From Escherichia coli (lineage in GTDB: Bacteria; Pseudomonadota; Gammaproteobacteria; Enterobacterales; Enterobacteriaceae), in NCBI RefSeq assembly GCF_045037415.1, contig NZ_CP173438.1: a stretch of DNA of 64,000 nt. One strand, 5' to 3'. Within the stretch, counting starts at the first letter, position 1; the number at the start of each line of letters is the position of its first letter. The translations under genes and the position numbers were made by a program. The notes beneath the pieces are model-generated. The model ran no database searches, was not told where the DNA came from, and saw only the letters and a list, made by a program, of their open reading frames with translations. Shown one piece after another: positions 27,926-40,377 of the stretch.

Positions 27926-29335
27926 TCATTCTACCATGCAGGCGCGTAGCGACCAGTAGCGTAACGTGACGTCAGACTCACCCTGTAATATCAGCGAAGC
28001 TGGATGATGGGGAAAATAACGATTACTCATTACACCTTCACCATTATTGATGAATATCTCTACGCTGGAACTGTCACAGAGAATCTTCAGTGACGTTACG
28101 CTTCCTCGCCAGTAACGAGTTAGTTTCTCTTGCCCTGCAAGGCTTCTCCTCTGTAGTTGAATACCATCGTCATTAAGATGCAGTGCCAGCGCATTGCCAA
28201 AATTCAGATACAGCTCACCCGACGGAATGATGTCCATTTCCAGGCGTTCAATTTCGACATGCGGCGCATGATCCGCTTTTCCTTGCCAGAAGTGTTCAGC
28301 TTCACGCAGTTGCGCGAGTTCCCTGATTGGCATCTGAAACAATTTTCCCTTCTGGAATGAGAGTTCGCGAAAACAGGTCATTTGATGCTGCCAATGATGC
28401 TTTCTGGTTGGTTGCAACATCTCTTCGCCATCAGGAACCCCCATCCAGCCGACCAGCAATCGTCGCCCGTCCGGGGCTTCCATCGTCTGTGGTGCATAGA
28501 ATTCAAATCCCGCATCCAGCTCTGAGAAAGCGCCATGCGTAAACTTGCCTGTCTCGTAATCAAACTGTCCATGTAGCCAGGCGCAGGGATAAGTATTCAG
28601 ATAGCGCTCATGTTCGCGCGCCATTCCCTGGGGGCAGCAGAGGAGAATGTATTCACCATCAAGGGCGAAAAGATCAGGACATTCCCACATGTATCCTGCG
28701 TTATCTATTTCATTCAGACCATTACCAGCAATTTCTCCATGAAAAGACCAGGTATAGAGATCGACAGAGGAATACAGCAGTACTTTCCCCCGTTTCTCTT
28801 TATCTTGCGCGCCAAGCACCATGTACCATTGGCTGTTGTGCTTCCAGACTTTTGGATCACGAACATGTCCGGTGTAACCATCAGGTAACGGTATGACAGG
28901 GCCTAGTTTATCAAACCCGCCCTGGTTATTTTCGGTGGCCAGACATTGCCATGCTGTTCTGCTGCCATCATCAAACTTAACATTACCGGTATAGCAAAGT
29001 GTGAGAACGCCCTGATTATTAACCGCGCTTCCTGAGTAACAACCATTACGGTCGTACTCTTTATCGGGCATTAGCGCTAATGGTTCATGCTGCCAGTGCA
29101 ATAAATCCGTCGAACTCCAGTGCCCCCAACATTTGTACTTATGATCACAAGCCAGTGGATTCCATTGATAAAACAGATGATAGCGGCCTCCAGACCAACA
29201 AAAGCCATTTGGATCGTTCATTAGTCCGGTGACTGGAGCGAGATGCCAACAAGGATAGTGGGCATCTGCCAGTGCTTTGGACTGACCTTTCATCACTGCC
29301 TGTAAAATCGCGGGCATTTGTGAAGGCATCGACAT
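27926..29335 (-). CDS. scrB: Sucrose-6-phosphate hydrolase (GH32 invertase)
   Basis: 469 aa translation with GH32 N-terminal motifs ([20 protein letters not shown]). Confidence 0.85.
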   Translation of the reverse strand: MSMPSQMPAILQAVMKGQSKALADAHYPCWHLAPVTGLMNDPNGFCWSGGRYHLFYQWNPLACDHKYKCWGHWSSTDLLHWQHEPLALMPDKEYDRNGCYSGSAVNNQGVLTLCYTGNVKFDDGSRTAWQCLATENNQGGFDKLGPVIPLPDGYTGHVRDPKVWKHNSQWYMVLGAQDKEKRGKVLLYSSVDLYTWSFHGEIAGNGLNEIDNAGYMWECPDLFALDGEYILLCCPQGMAREHERYLNTYPCAWLHGQFDYETGKFTHGAFSELDAGFEFYAPQTMEAPDGRRLLVGWMGVPDGEEMLQPTRKHHWQHQMTCFRELSFQKGKLFQMPIRELAQLREAEHFWQGKADHAPHVEIERLEMDIIPSGELYLNFGNALALHLNDDGIQLQRRSLAGQEKLTRYWRGSVTSLKILCDSSSVEIFINNGEGVMSNRYFPHHPASLILQGESDVTLRYWSLRACMVE

Positions 29336-30705
29336 TACTCCTCGTCCGTTTTGTATTTGAGTAATAAAGAGAGGCTAAAAGCGACAGCGAAAGCAATCAC
29401 CATTCCAATAATATAATTAACCAACGATGTTGGCTGAACGATTGCCATGCCGGGTATTGCGGTCAGACCAACGGCAGTCATATAAACGTGAACAGAGACA
29501 ACCCAGGCACCGCCGGCAGCGCCACCAATTAAGGCCGCAATAAAAGGTTTAACAAAACGAAGGTTGATACCAAAAATAGCGGCTTCAGTAATCCCTAACA
29601 TTGCGGAAAAGGCCGAGGGTAGGGTGATTGCTTTAATTTTTGTATCTTTGGTTTTAAACCATACCGCCAGACATGCACCGCCTTGCGCAACGTTTGCCAT
29701 TGCCCAAATAGGCAGCAGGAAATTAACACCGATTGCAGGGTTACCTAAAAGTCCTGCTTCAATTGCGTGGAAGCTATGATGAATACCCGTAATAACAATC
29801 GCTGAATATAGCCCGCCGAATAACAACCCTGCTAACCAGCCTGCGTGTGCAATCAGCGTGCTGAGAACGAAAGAGATACCGTCACCTAACGCTCGTCCTG
29901 CCGGACCAATAATCAAAAGAGCGATAAAGCCAGAAATGACGACAGTCAGAAATGGCGTCAGAATGAGATCCAGAGCATCAGGGATAAACCTGCGTAACTG
30001 TTTTTCCACTATGCTCATAAACCATACTGCCAGAAGCACGGGGAAAACCGTTCCCTGATAGCCAATCATGGCGATTTCAAAACCGAAGAAGTTCATTGTC
30101 TGAAATCCCGCAGCAACGCCCCAGGCATTTGTGAGTGCCGGGTGAGTCAGAATCCCTCCTAATGTCGCGCCAAGATAAGGATTTCCACCAAATTCACGAG
30201 CAGCAGTAAAGCCAATAAGGATGGGGAGAATAATAAATGCGGCTGAACTGCACATATCCAGCAGGATATAAATCGCATTATCGGCATTCACCCAGCCATA
30301 TGTTTTCACCATTCCCAGAAGCCCCATTAATAAACCAGAAGCAACAATGGCTGGAATGATGGGGACAAAAATATTAGAAAGTAGCCGTGCTATTCGCTGA
30401 AAAGGATTGAGTTTTTGAGCGGCGAGTCGAGCGGTATCTGCTTTACTGGATTCGCTAATACCTGCAACCTGAATAAAGGCAGCATAGACTTTATTAACCA
30501 CGCCGGTGCCAAAGATGATTTGCATTTGCCCTGAATTACGAAAACAACCTTTCACTCCATCAATCTGGCCAATGGCATGTTGATCGGCAAGTGTGTCGTC
30601 AACCAGTACCAGCCGTAGGCGAGTGGCGCAATGTGCTGCACTGGCGATGTTCTCCTTACCACCTAATAAAGGAAGCAACGATTGGGCGATTTTATCGAAA
30701 TCCAT
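29335..30705 (-). CDS. scrA: PTS sucrose-specific EIIBC component
   Basis: 456 aa translation with an N-terminal EIIB cysteine motif (AAHCATRLRL) and polytopic EIIC domain. Confidence 0.85.
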   Translation of the reverse strand: MDFDKIAQSLLPLLGGKENIASAAHCATRLRLVLVDDTLADQHAIGQIDGVKGCFRNSGQMQIIFGTGVVNKVYAAFIQVAGISESSKADTARLAAQKLNPFQRIARLLSNIFVPIIPAIVASGLLMGLLGMVKTYGWVNADNAIYILLDMCSSAAFIILPILIGFTAAREFGGNPYLGATLGGILTHPALTNAWGVAAGFQTMNFFGFEIAMIGYQGTVFPVLLAVWFMSIVEKQLRRFIPDALDLILTPFLTVVISGFIALLIIGPAGRALGDGISFVLSTLIAHAGWLAGLLFGGLYSAIVITGIHHSFHAIEAGLLGNPAIGVNFLLPIWAMANVAQGGACLAVWFKTKDTKIKAITLPSAFSAMLGITEAAIFGINLRFVKPFIAALIGGAAGGAWVVSVHVYMTAVGLTAIPGMAIVQPTSLVNYIIGMVIAFAVAFSLSLLLKYKTDEE

Positions 30706-30765
30706 ATAACCCTCTAATTCATTGTTATTTCAGTAAAAGCCTCACATCCGTGAGGCTGTCTGGTA

Positions 30766-32307
<1,542 letters not shown>

Positions 32308-32327
32308 TTATAAAAATTGCTAAAATG

Positions 32328-32400
32328 CTAAACCGGTTTAGGTGTTGATAATAAAGCTGACTTTTTAGCCAGAGCAATTATTTTCGCTAAACCGATTTAG
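32328..32400. promoter_or_regulatory. Two ScrR-type operator palindromes in the scrY upstream region
   Basis: CTAAACCGGTTTAG (32328-32341) and CTAAACCGATTTAG (32387-32400), 14 bp CG-centred palindromes typical of LacI-family operators. Confidence 0.5.
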
Positions 32401-32450
32401 TAAATGTGACAGGCACGACAAATCGGGTTACAGATACAACAGCAGGATCA

Positions 32451-33371
32451 CTATTGTGAAGGGAGATCGTGTTGTCGGGGTAAGGCGGTCATCGCGCCTT
32501 TAGCCGTGGTCGCCAGAGCACCACAAATCTGAGCTTGTGCAATGATTCGTTCAAGCTGTCTGGTATTTGTTGGTATTCCAGAATCAGCCAGACCGGCAAG
32601 TAATCCAGCGACAAAAGCATCTCCTGCCCCGGTCGTATCGACGACAGAAACAGGTTTGGCGGGATAGTGGATAAACTGCCCCTGAAAATACACAAGTACG
32701 CCATTTTTTCCTTGTGTAATAAGCAATAAAGTCAACGGATAACGTTGTACTAATGAATATGCGCCTTGCTGAACCTGGCTTTCGTCACTGATGAATAACA
32801 ACTCTTCTTCGGACAATTTAGCGATATTCGCCAGCGAAAGCGCACGATCAAGGTATTTCCTTAACAGCGCTTCACTCTGCCAGAGATCGCTGCGGATATT
32901 GGGATCAAAACTGATGTTTCCGCCAGCCTGACGTATTTTCTCCATAGCCAGAAATGCGGTACTTCGGGAAGGTTCTGCACTGAGCGCAATGGAACAAAGA
33001 TGGAGCCATTCACCCGGCCCAAATGCAGGAAGGTCATCAGGTTGTAAAAAAAGATCGGCACTTGGGCGTACCATAAAGGTAAAGTTTCTTTCTCCTTGCT
33101 CATCAAGTCCTACAGCCACAATTGAGGTGCGATGTTGAGGATCAAGAGACATATAACGTGTATCAACATTTTCTGTACTCAGTGTTTGATACATAAAGCG
33201 ACCGAAAGGATCATCGCCAACTTTGCCAATAAAGGCACTTTTCCCCCCCAGCCTTGCGATACCGACTGCAACATTAGCAGGCGCCCCACCAGGACACTGT
33301 AGTAGTCTCCCCTGGCTTTCGGGTAATAAATCAACAACCGCATCACCGAGTACCCATACTCTTGTGCTCAT
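32451..33371 (-). CDS. scrK: Fructokinase (ribokinase/pfkB family)
   Basis: 306 aa translation with pfkB motifs (DTTGAGDAF); first gene of the scr cluster. Confidence 0.85.
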   Translation of the reverse strand: MSTRVWVLGDAVVDLLPESQGRLLQCPGGAPANVAVGIARLGGKSAFIGKVGDDPFGRFMYQTLSTENVDTRYMSLDPQHRTSIVAVGLDEQGERNFTFMVRPSADLFLQPDDLPAFGPGEWLHLCSIALSAEPSRSTAFLAMEKIRQAGGNISFDPNIRSDLWQSEALLRKYLDRALSLANIAKLSEEELLFISDESQVQQGAYSLVQRYPLTLLLITQGKNGVLVYFQGQFIHYPAKPVSVVDTTGAGDAFVAGLLAGLADSGIPTNTRQLERIIAQAQICGALATTAKGAMTALPRQHDLPSQ

Positions 33372-33390
33372 AAAGGCTCCAATATACTAA

Positions 33391-33419
33391 TTGCTAAACT
33401 AATTAAATCGGTTTAGCAA
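33391..33419. promoter_or_regulatory. ScrR-type operator-like inverted repeat upstream of scrK
   Basis: TTGCTAAAC-N11-GTTTAGCAA containing TAAATCGGTTTAG, which resembles the scrY operators. Confidence 0.45.
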
Positions 33420-33535
33420 TTAAAGCATAAACGCTGCTCAGGAGAGAACAATATTCAGCAGTGGTTACCCGGTATTTTGTAGTGGAAACGTGAATATGCC
33501 GGGATTAATCATCTACCCGGCACTGTTTATCTCAC

Positions 33536-35014
33536 TTACGCATTCGACCAGCTCTGGATCGAATCCGCATTCCCCAATTCCCCATGCATCACTTCATACG
33601 ATTTTTTCAGGATCACATCAGTATGTTTGGTTAGGTCTTTGAAAATGCCTTTATTCATCGCGTCGTAGCGTTTGGCATTGCTCTCAATCGGTATGAAGAT
33701 ATCTTTCACGCGAACCATTTTATCGACAGCCGTTGTGTAATCCGGGTATAGCCCCAGACCTACCGCCGTATTGATCGCAGCCCCCAGACTTGCACAACCG
33801 TTAATGGCGTTTCGGCGTGCCGGAAGGTTGAACACGTCGGCAAAAATCTGCATAAACAGATCGCTGTTCGAACCGCCGCCAGTAATGATCACATGCTTTG
33901 CAAAGTGATTCATTTCATGACACATATTGTCGTAATTATTCTTCAGCGTCAGCGCCACGCTTTCCAGTATCGAACGATATATCCATGCGTAATCCATGCT
34001 GGAATCAAAACCGATCATAATCCCGCGTTTGTACGGTTCCCACGGATTGGTCAGCCAGTCCAGCACCGTCATCAGACCATTACAGCCAGGCGGCACGCAA
34101 GACGCTTTTTTGTTGAGCAAATCTTCCGGTGAAAGATCCTGTGCTTTGGCATCCTGAATTAACGACTCGCCTAACATGTCGCGCAGCCAGCTCACCGTCC
34201 ACATGCCTTTGCGAATACCGTAACCTTCATACAGCAATGTTTGCGGAATAGAAGACATAATCGGCCAGTACGCCACCGGATCTTTCGGCAGTGCTTTGCC
34301 GTTCATCATCAACGCGATATAGGTGCCAAGAGAAATTACCGCCGTTTCATCATCCAGTAACCCGGCTCCCAGAGCTTCTACCGGTTTATCACTGGTGGTA
34401 CAAACAACCGGCAGCCCAGCCGGGAAATGTGTCGCCAGCGCAGCTTGTGGTGTGATATGCCCAAGAATGGTGCCCGGCATTTGCACGTCAAAAAGCATCT
34501 GGCGGGGGATATTAAACTTTTCCATTACCGTAGCATCTTCGCTCCATGCCCAGCTCTTATAATCCACCGGCCACTGACCAAAATAGTTGGCGATATTGTC
34601 TTTAAACTCGCCGGTTAAGCGATGTGTCAGATAACCCGAAAAAGAGGTGACATAGGCCACGTCAGGATTAGTGTGTTCGTAAGGGCGTGTAACGCGTGCA
34701 TCCTGCCAGCTAATCAACGGCGCGGCTGGCGTACCATCGGCTTTCAATAGCGCACGGCAGCAACGGATTGAGCCCAGGCCAATGCCGACAATATCTTCTT
34801 TATTCCCGGCAAACTGGCTCATCAAATCGTGACTGGCAAAACATAGTGATGCCCATAAATCATCGTCAGGATGTTCTGCGGTATCGGCATCTGGCGTGTG
34901 CATCGGCTGCAATAAGCCTTTGCCTTCGCAAACCACATTACCTTCCAGATCGTACATCACCACTTTTGTGCTCTGACTTCCGCCATCAATCCCTATGATG
35001 TATTTTTTCGACAT
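33536..35014 (-). CDS. ygcE: FGGY-family carbohydrate kinase YgcE
   Basis: 492 aa FGGY kinase translation; synteny with the E. coli ygc cluster. Confidence 0.85.
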   Translation of the reverse strand: MSKKYIIGIDGGSQSTKVVMYDLEGNVVCEGKGLLQPMHTPDADTAEHPDDDLWASLCFASHDLMSQFAGNKEDIVGIGLGSIRCCRALLKADGTPAAPLISWQDARVTRPYEHTNPDVAYVTSFSGYLTHRLTGEFKDNIANYFGQWPVDYKSWAWSEDATVMEKFNIPRQMLFDVQMPGTILGHITPQAALATHFPAGLPVVCTTSDKPVEALGAGLLDDETAVISLGTYIALMMNGKALPKDPVAYWPIMSSIPQTLLYEGYGIRKGMWTVSWLRDMLGESLIQDAKAQDLSPEDLLNKKASCVPPGCNGLMTVLDWLTNPWEPYKRGIMIGFDSSMDYAWIYRSILESVALTLKNNYDNMCHEMNHFAKHVIITGGGSNSDLFMQIFADVFNLPARRNAINGCASLGAAINTAVGLGLYPDYTTAVDKMVRVKDIFIPIESNAKRYDAMNKGIFKDLTKHTDVILKKSYEVMHGELGNADSIQSWSNA

Positions 35015-35040
35015 GATTTTTCTCCTGTAATTTTCCTGGC

Positions 35041-36318
35041 TTACTTGCTGCTAGCCATTGCGGGGGCGCTATCAGCAGTACGAATTTTTTGGAACAGCAA
35101 AAAGGTAAAGATGATCACCATGCCAAGCGCCGCCATGCCCATTAGCCACATGTTGCGATAGGCTTCTGCAGCGGGCAGGGTGTCTTGCCAGTAGCCGATA
35201 ATCGGGTAAACGAAGACATCCGGCAGGAATCCAATCACCGAACAAATACCTACCGTGGTGCCCATAATGTAAGACGGTGTTCTCGCTTCGCCAGGGCAGG
35301 CCCAGTACAGCCCGCGTGAGGCGTAACAGGTGAATCCCAGTAATAAAATCAAGCCAATCCCCATCGCGACCGATTGCGGGTTAGAGTTCGTGACGAGCAG
35401 GGCTGTCAACGCCAGCAAACCGATGATGGAAAGGATTTGGACCACGCGGGTAGGGGATTTCACTTTACTGTAGGTGGTGATAATGCCGCCAAGTGGGCCG
35501 CACAGCGCGCGGAAGATTTTGTTGATCACAATCCCCATGTAGCTCGCCGCCACCAGCGACATGCCGTACATTTCGGTCAGATAGTTGGTGGAGTAACTCA
35601 GAATGGCGTAGATGGTGAAGACACCAAAAATCACCATGCTGCAATACCAGGTAGTGCTGATGCGCAAAACGGCCAGGATGTCGCTAAGCTGGAATGACTG
35701 TTTTTCTTCGTTATTGGCACTGCGTAGGTTGTTGTTATCGCTAACAAAAAACCAACACAAAATGCCCAGCAGAATGTAAACCACACTATAGATAATAATG
35801 ACCGTTTTCAGGCTGGCGCTGTCATCCGGTGCAAAGCGAGAAAAGACCCACATGGTAAACACCGCCAGCGACATTACACCGACGCCGCGCAGCCCTTCCA
35901 TCCAGCCCATAATTTTCCCTTGCTCGCTATGATCGCCCAGCAACGATGCGGCTTTAATCGACACCGACCACAGCATTAAAATCGTCGTTATCGCAAAGGC
36001 GACCTGAATACAGAGCATTACCCACAGCGGTGGATATGTTGCCATTAACAGACCCAGTAATCCGGTAATGATCATCGCGGAAGTAATCATTTTGCGATGT
36101 GAAAATTTATCGGCAATAACGCCGCTAGGGGCATAGAAAATAATGGCCGCAATACCAAAGGTACTCATTATTAAACCTATCTCGGTATTGCTGAATCCCA
36201 TAAATTTTGCCATGGGAATTTGATAAATATAACGTAAATAAGCCAGGTCGAAACTAACGCCGCCGCTAAAACTAATTATCGCGAGGGTTATCCAACGGCG
36301 ATATGAGTTGTGTTGCAT
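35041..36318 (-). CDS. yqcE: MFS transporter YqcE
   Basis: 425 aa 12-TM MFS-like translation. Confidence 0.8.
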   Translation of the reverse strand: MQHNSYRRWITLAIISFSGGVSFDLAYLRYIYQIPMAKFMGFSNTEIGLIMSTFGIAAIIFYAPSGVIADKFSHRKMITSAMIITGLLGLLMATYPPLWVMLCIQVAFAITTILMLWSVSIKAASLLGDHSEQGKIMGWMEGLRGVGVMSLAVFTMWVFSRFAPDDSASLKTVIIIYSVVYILLGILCWFFVSDNNNLRSANNEEKQSFQLSDILAVLRISTTWYCSMVIFGVFTIYAILSYSTNYLTEMYGMSLVAASYMGIVINKIFRALCGPLGGIITTYSKVKSPTRVVQILSIIGLLALTALLVTNSNPQSVAMGIGLILLLGFTCYASRGLYWACPGEARTPSYIMGTTVGICSVIGFLPDVFVYPIIGYWQDTLPAAEAYRNMWLMGMAALGMVIIFTFLLFQKIRTADSAPAMASSK

Positions 36319-36496
36319 ATCGTATTCCCATTTGTAATAGACAAAAAAAAGAGAAAAGTAAGCCGCCCTTTCAGGTGGATTACTTTTCTCAGGTCTCTAG
36401 TAATTGCAATAAGAAATAACATGGAAAGCAGAGGTGTTGTGTGAGAGTAATCACGCTTCTGCTTTTTTAAATTATTTGACAATACGAACATCACAC

Positions 36497-36512
36497 TGTG
36501 ATTACGATCACA
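36497..36512. promoter_or_regulatory. Consensus CRP binding site upstream of ygcW
   Basis: TGTGA-TTACGA-TCACA, a perfect match to the CRP half-sites with 6 bp spacer, about 125 bp upstream of the ygcW ATG; a TTGACA hexamer lies at 36476-36481. Confidence 0.6.
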
Positions 36513-36540
36513 TTAGCAGTTATGTCCTTATGCTAAAAAT

Positions 36541-36612
36541 TATCTCCAGTTACCAGAGATAATGAGAAAGGTAACTTCCCTCTCGCGGGGGAAGTTACCT
36601 TTCTTTTTTTTT
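36541..36612 (+). promoter_or_regulatory. Leader with intrinsic terminator and mutually exclusive upstream pairing (candidate attenuator) in front of ygcW
   Basis: 14 bp stem AAAGGTAACTTCCC / GGGAAGTTACCTTT (36567-36580 with 36589-36602) followed by CTTTTTTTTT; upstream AGTTACC (36548-36554) can pair instead with GGTAACT of the terminator 5' arm; extra hairpin TATCTC...GAGATA at 36541-36561. Confidence 0.55.
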
Positions 36613-36636
36613 GCCTTACGGAAATTGGAGCTAACT

Positions 36637-37422
36637 ATGTCAATCGAATCTCTCAATGCGTTCTCAATGGATTTTTTCTCCCTGAAAGGTAAAACAGCAA
36701 TTGTTACCGGCGGGAATAGCGGTTTAGGCCAGGCATTTGCCATGGCGTTGGCCAAAGCTGGCGCAAATGTCTTTATTCCTAGTTTCGTCAAAGATAACGG
36801 CGAAACAAAGGAAATGATTGAAAAACAGGGCGTTGAAGTTGATTTTATGCAGGTGGATATCACCGCAGAAGGCGCGCCGCAGAAGATTATCGCTGCCTGC
36901 TGTGAGCGCTTCGGTACCGTCGATATTCTGGTCAATAATGCCGGTATTTGTAAGCTGAATAAGGTGCTGGACTTTGGTCGTGCCGACTGGGACCCGATGA
37001 TTGACGTGAACCTGACCGCCGCATTCGAGTTAAGCTACGAAGCGGCAAAAATTATGATCCCGCAGAAAAGCGGTAAAATCATTAATATCTGTTCATTGTT
37101 CTCTTACTTAGGTGGTCAATGGTCACCTGCTTATTCTGCCACTAAACATGCTCTTGCCGGATTCACCAAAGCCTATTGCGATGAATTAGGCCAATATAAT
37201 ATTCAGGTGAATGGTATTGCTCCTGGTTATTATGCAACCGATATTACGCTGGCGACCCGTAGTAATCCAGAAACTAACCAGCGTGTTCTTGATCATATTC
37301 CGGCAAACCGTTGGGGTGATACTCAGGATTTAATGGGGGCAGCCGTATTCCTCGCAAGTCCGGCATCGAATTATGTCAACGGACATTTATTAGTGGTTGA
37401 TGGCGGTTATTTAGTGCGCTAA
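36637..37422 (+). CDS. ygcW: Short-chain dehydrogenase/reductase YgcW
   Basis: 261 aa SDR translation (TGGNSGLG Rossmann motif, YSATK catalytic motif); start at the ATG at 36637 with a GGAG Shine-Dalgarno. Confidence 0.85.
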   Translation: MSIESLNAFSMDFFSLKGKTAIVTGGNSGLGQAFAMALAKAGANVFIPSFVKDNGETKEMIEKQGVEVDFMQVDITAEGAPQKIIAACCERFGTVDILVNNAGICKLNKVLDFGRADWDPMIDVNLTAAFELSYEAAKIMIPQKSGKIINICSLFSYLGGQWSPAYSATKHALAGFTKAYCDELGQYNIQVNGIAPGYYATDITLATRSNPETNQRVLDHIPANRWGDTQDLMGAAVFLASPASNYVNGHLLVVDGGYLVR

Positions 37423-37491
37423 TTCATAACGGTGGTTTCTGTTTTCTCTTATTAATAACTATTCCATTTTTATTATCAGGAAGGAATTATT

Positions 37492-38946
37492 ATGTCTTTA
37501 TCTCGCGTAGCGATTGTCGACCAGCTAAAGGAAATTGTTGGTGCAGATCGCGTTATTACCGATGAAACGGTATTAAAGAAAAACAGTATTGACCGTTTTC
37601 GTAAATTTCCGGATATTCATGGAATTTATACTTTGCCGATTCCGGCAGCGGTCGTAAAACTCGGTTCCACAGAACAAGTATCCCGTGTGCTGAATTTTAT
37701 GAATGCGCACAAAATTAACGGTGTGCCACGTACCGGTGCTTCCGCCACCGAAGGTGGACTGGAAACCGTTGTGGAAAACTCGGTGGTGCTCGACGGCTCC
37801 GCCATGAATCAAATCATTAATATTGATATTGAGAATATGCAGGCCACGGCGCAATGTGGCGTTCCGCTGGAGGTGCTGGAAAACGCATTGCGCGAAAAAG
37901 GTTACACCACGGGGCATTCTCCGCAGTCAAAGCCGCTGGCGCAGATGGGCGGCTTGGTGGCGACCCGCAGTATCGGGCAGTTCTCCACACTCTACGGCGC
38001 AATCGAAGATATGGTCGTTGGTCTGGAAGCGGTGCTGGCAGATGGCACCGTCACACGCATTAAAAAAGTGCCACGTCGCGCGGCTGGCCCGGACATTCGT
38101 CATATCATCATCGGCAACGAAGGTGCACTGTGCTATATCACTGAAGTCACAGTGAAAATCTTCAAATTTACGCCGGAAAACAATCTCTTCTACGGCTATA
38201 TCCTGGAAGATATGAAAACCGGCTTCAACATCCTGCGTGAAATCATGGTGGAAGGGTATCGTCCGTCGATTGCTCGTTTGTATGATGCTGAAGATGGCAC
38301 CCAACACTTCACCCATTTTGCCGACGGCAAATGCGTGCTGATCTTTATGGCTGAAGGTAACCCTCGCATTGCGAAGGCGACGGGTGAAGGGATTGCTGAA
38401 ATCGTGGCGCGCTACCCGCAGTGCCAGCGCGTGGACAGCAAGCTGATCGAAACCTGGTTTAACAACCTGAACTGGGGACCGGATAAAGTGGCTGCCGAAC
38501 GTGTGCAGATCCTCAAAACCGGCAACATGGGCTTTACCACTGAAGTGTCCGGCTGCTGGAGCTGCATTCACGAAATCTACGAAAGCGTTATTAACCGTAT
38601 TCGTACCGAGTTCCCGCACGCCGACGACATCACCATGCTGGGCGGTCACTCCTCTCATAGCTATCAGAACGGCACCAACATGTACTTCGTCTACGACTAC
38701 AACGTCGTTGACTGTAAGCCGGAAGAGGAAATCGACAAGTACCACAATCCGCTCAACAAAATCATCTGCGAAGAAACCATTCGCCTCGGCGGTTCGATGG
38801 TGCATCACCACGGTATCGGTAAACATCGCGTTCACTGGAGCAAACTGGAACACGGCAGCGCGTGGGCGTTGCTGGAAGGGCTGAAAAAGCAGTTCGATCC
38901 TAATGGCATTATGAACACGGGTACTATCTATCCGATTGAAAAATAA
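37492..38946 (+). CDS. ygcU: FAD-linked oxidoreductase YgcU (GlcD / alkyl-DHAP synthase-like)
   Basis: 484 aa translation with an FAD-binding PCMH-type domain. Confidence 0.85.
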   Translation: MSLSRVAIVDQLKEIVGADRVITDETVLKKNSIDRFRKFPDIHGIYTLPIPAAVVKLGSTEQVSRVLNFMNAHKINGVPRTGASATEGGLETVVENSVVLDGSAMNQIINIDIENMQATAQCGVPLEVLENALREKGYTTGHSPQSKPLAQMGGLVATRSIGQFSTLYGAIEDMVVGLEAVLADGTVTRIKKVPRRAAGPDIRHIIIGNEGALCYITEVTVKIFKFTPENNLFYGYILEDMKTGFNILREIMVEGYRPSIARLYDAEDGTQHFTHFADGKCVLIFMAEGNPRIAKATGEGIAEIVARYPQCQRVDSKLIETWFNNLNWGPDKVAAERVQILKTGNMGFTTEVSGCWSCIHEIYESVINRIRTEFPHADDITMLGGHSSHSYQNGTNMYFVYDYNVVDCKPEEEIDKYHNPLNKIICEETIRLGGSMVHHHGIGKHRVHWSKLEHGSAWALLEGLKKQFDPNGIMNTGTIYPIEK

Positions 38947-39039
38947 TGTGTCAGGCAGCGTTCCGCGATGACGGTGCGTTGCCTTTTCGGCTTCTCAGGC
39001 GAGAAGCCGTTCTTATTACCGGACAATGAAGGGGTAAAG

Positions 39040-40377
39040 ATGAACACTTCACCGGTGCGAATGGATGATTTACCGCTTAACCGTTTTCACTGTCGAATTG
39101 CTGCGCTCACTTTCGGCGCACACCTGACCGACGGTTATGTTCTCGGCGTCATTGGTTATGCCATTATTCAGCTTACGCCCGCCATGCAACTGACGCCGTT
39201 TATGGCGGGAATGATCGGCGGCTCGGCGTTACTTGGTTTGTTTCTTGGCAGCCTGGTTTTGGGGTGGATCTCCGACCATATCGGGCGGCAAAAAATCTTC
39301 ACCTTCAGTTTTATGCTGATTACGCTCGCTTCGTTCTTGCAATTTTTTGCCACCACGCCAGAGCATCTTATTGGATTACGCATTTTGATCGGCATTGGTC
39401 TGGGAGGCGATTACTCAGTCGGTCACACCTTGCTGGCTGAATTTTCCCCGCGCCGCCATCGCGGTATTTTGCTGGGCGCATTCAGTGTGGTGTGGACCGT
39501 AGGCTATGTGCTGGCAAGTATTGCCGGACATCACTTTATTTCCGAAAGCCCGGAGGCCTGGCGCTGGCTGCTGGCATCAGCGGCGTTACCAGCCTTGCTG
39601 ATTACGCTGCTACGTTGGGGCACGCCGGAATCGCCACGCTGGCTACTGCGCCAGGGGCGTTTTGCAGAAGCTCACGCTATCGTTCATCGCTATTTTGGCC
39701 CGCATGTTTTACTGGGCGATGAAGTGGCAACGGCGACCCATAAACACATCAAAACCTTGTTCTCTTCGCGCTACTGGCGGCGCACAGCGTTTAACAGCGT
39801 CTTCTTTGTCTGCCTCGTAATCCCATGGTTTGTGATTTATACCTGGCTGCCAACTATCGCCCAGACTATTGGACTGGAAGATGCGCTGACTGCCAGTCTG
39901 ATGCTTAATGCGTTGTTAATTGTGGGCGCGCTGCTGGGATTAGTTCTGACGCACCTGCTGGCACATCGCAAGTTTTTGCTGGGAAGTTTTTTGCTGCTGG
40001 CGGCAACGCTGGTAGTGATGGCCTGTTTGCCTTCCGGCAGTTCATTAACGCTGCTGCTTTTTGTTCTCTTCAGCACCACCATTTCGGCAGTCAGTAATCT
40101 GGTGGGCATTTTGCCTGCGGAAAGTTTTCCTACTGACATTCGCTCGCTGGGCGTCGGTTTTGCCACCGCCATGAGTCGGTTGGGGGCGGCGGTAAGTACT
40201 GGCCTGCTGCCGTGGGTGCTGGCGCAGTGGGGAATGCAAGCCACCTTATTACTCCTGGCGGCAGTGTTGTTGGTTGGTTTTGTTGTGACCTGGCTATGGG
40301 CACCAGAAACCAAAGCACTCCCGCTGGTGGCGGCGGGAAATGTAGGAGGTGCGAATGAACATTCTGTTAGCGTTTAA
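39040..40377 (+). CDS. ygcS: MFS sugar-type transporter YgcS
   Basis: 445 aa MFS translation from the ATG at 39040 (GAAGGGG Shine-Dalgarno). Confidence 0.8.
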   Translation: MNTSPVRMDDLPLNRFHCRIAALTFGAHLTDGYVLGVIGYAIIQLTPAMQLTPFMAGMIGGSALLGLFLGSLVLGWISDHIGRQKIFTFSFMLITLASFLQFFATTPEHLIGLRILIGIGLGGDYSVGHTLLAEFSPRRHRGILLGAFSVVWTVGYVLASIAGHHFISESPEAWRWLLASAALPALLITLLRWGTPESPRWLLRQGRFAEAHAIVHRYFGPHVLLGDEVATATHKHIKTLFSSRYWRRTAFNSVFFVCLVIPWFVIYTWLPTIAQTIGLEDALTASLMLNALLIVGALLGLVLTHLLAHRKFLLGSFLLLAATLVVMACLPSGSSLTLLLFVLFSTTISAVSNLVGILPAESFPTDIRSLGVGFATAMSRLGAAVSTGLLPWVLAQWGMQATLLLLAAVLLVGFVVTWLWAPETKALPLVAAGNVGGANEHSVSV

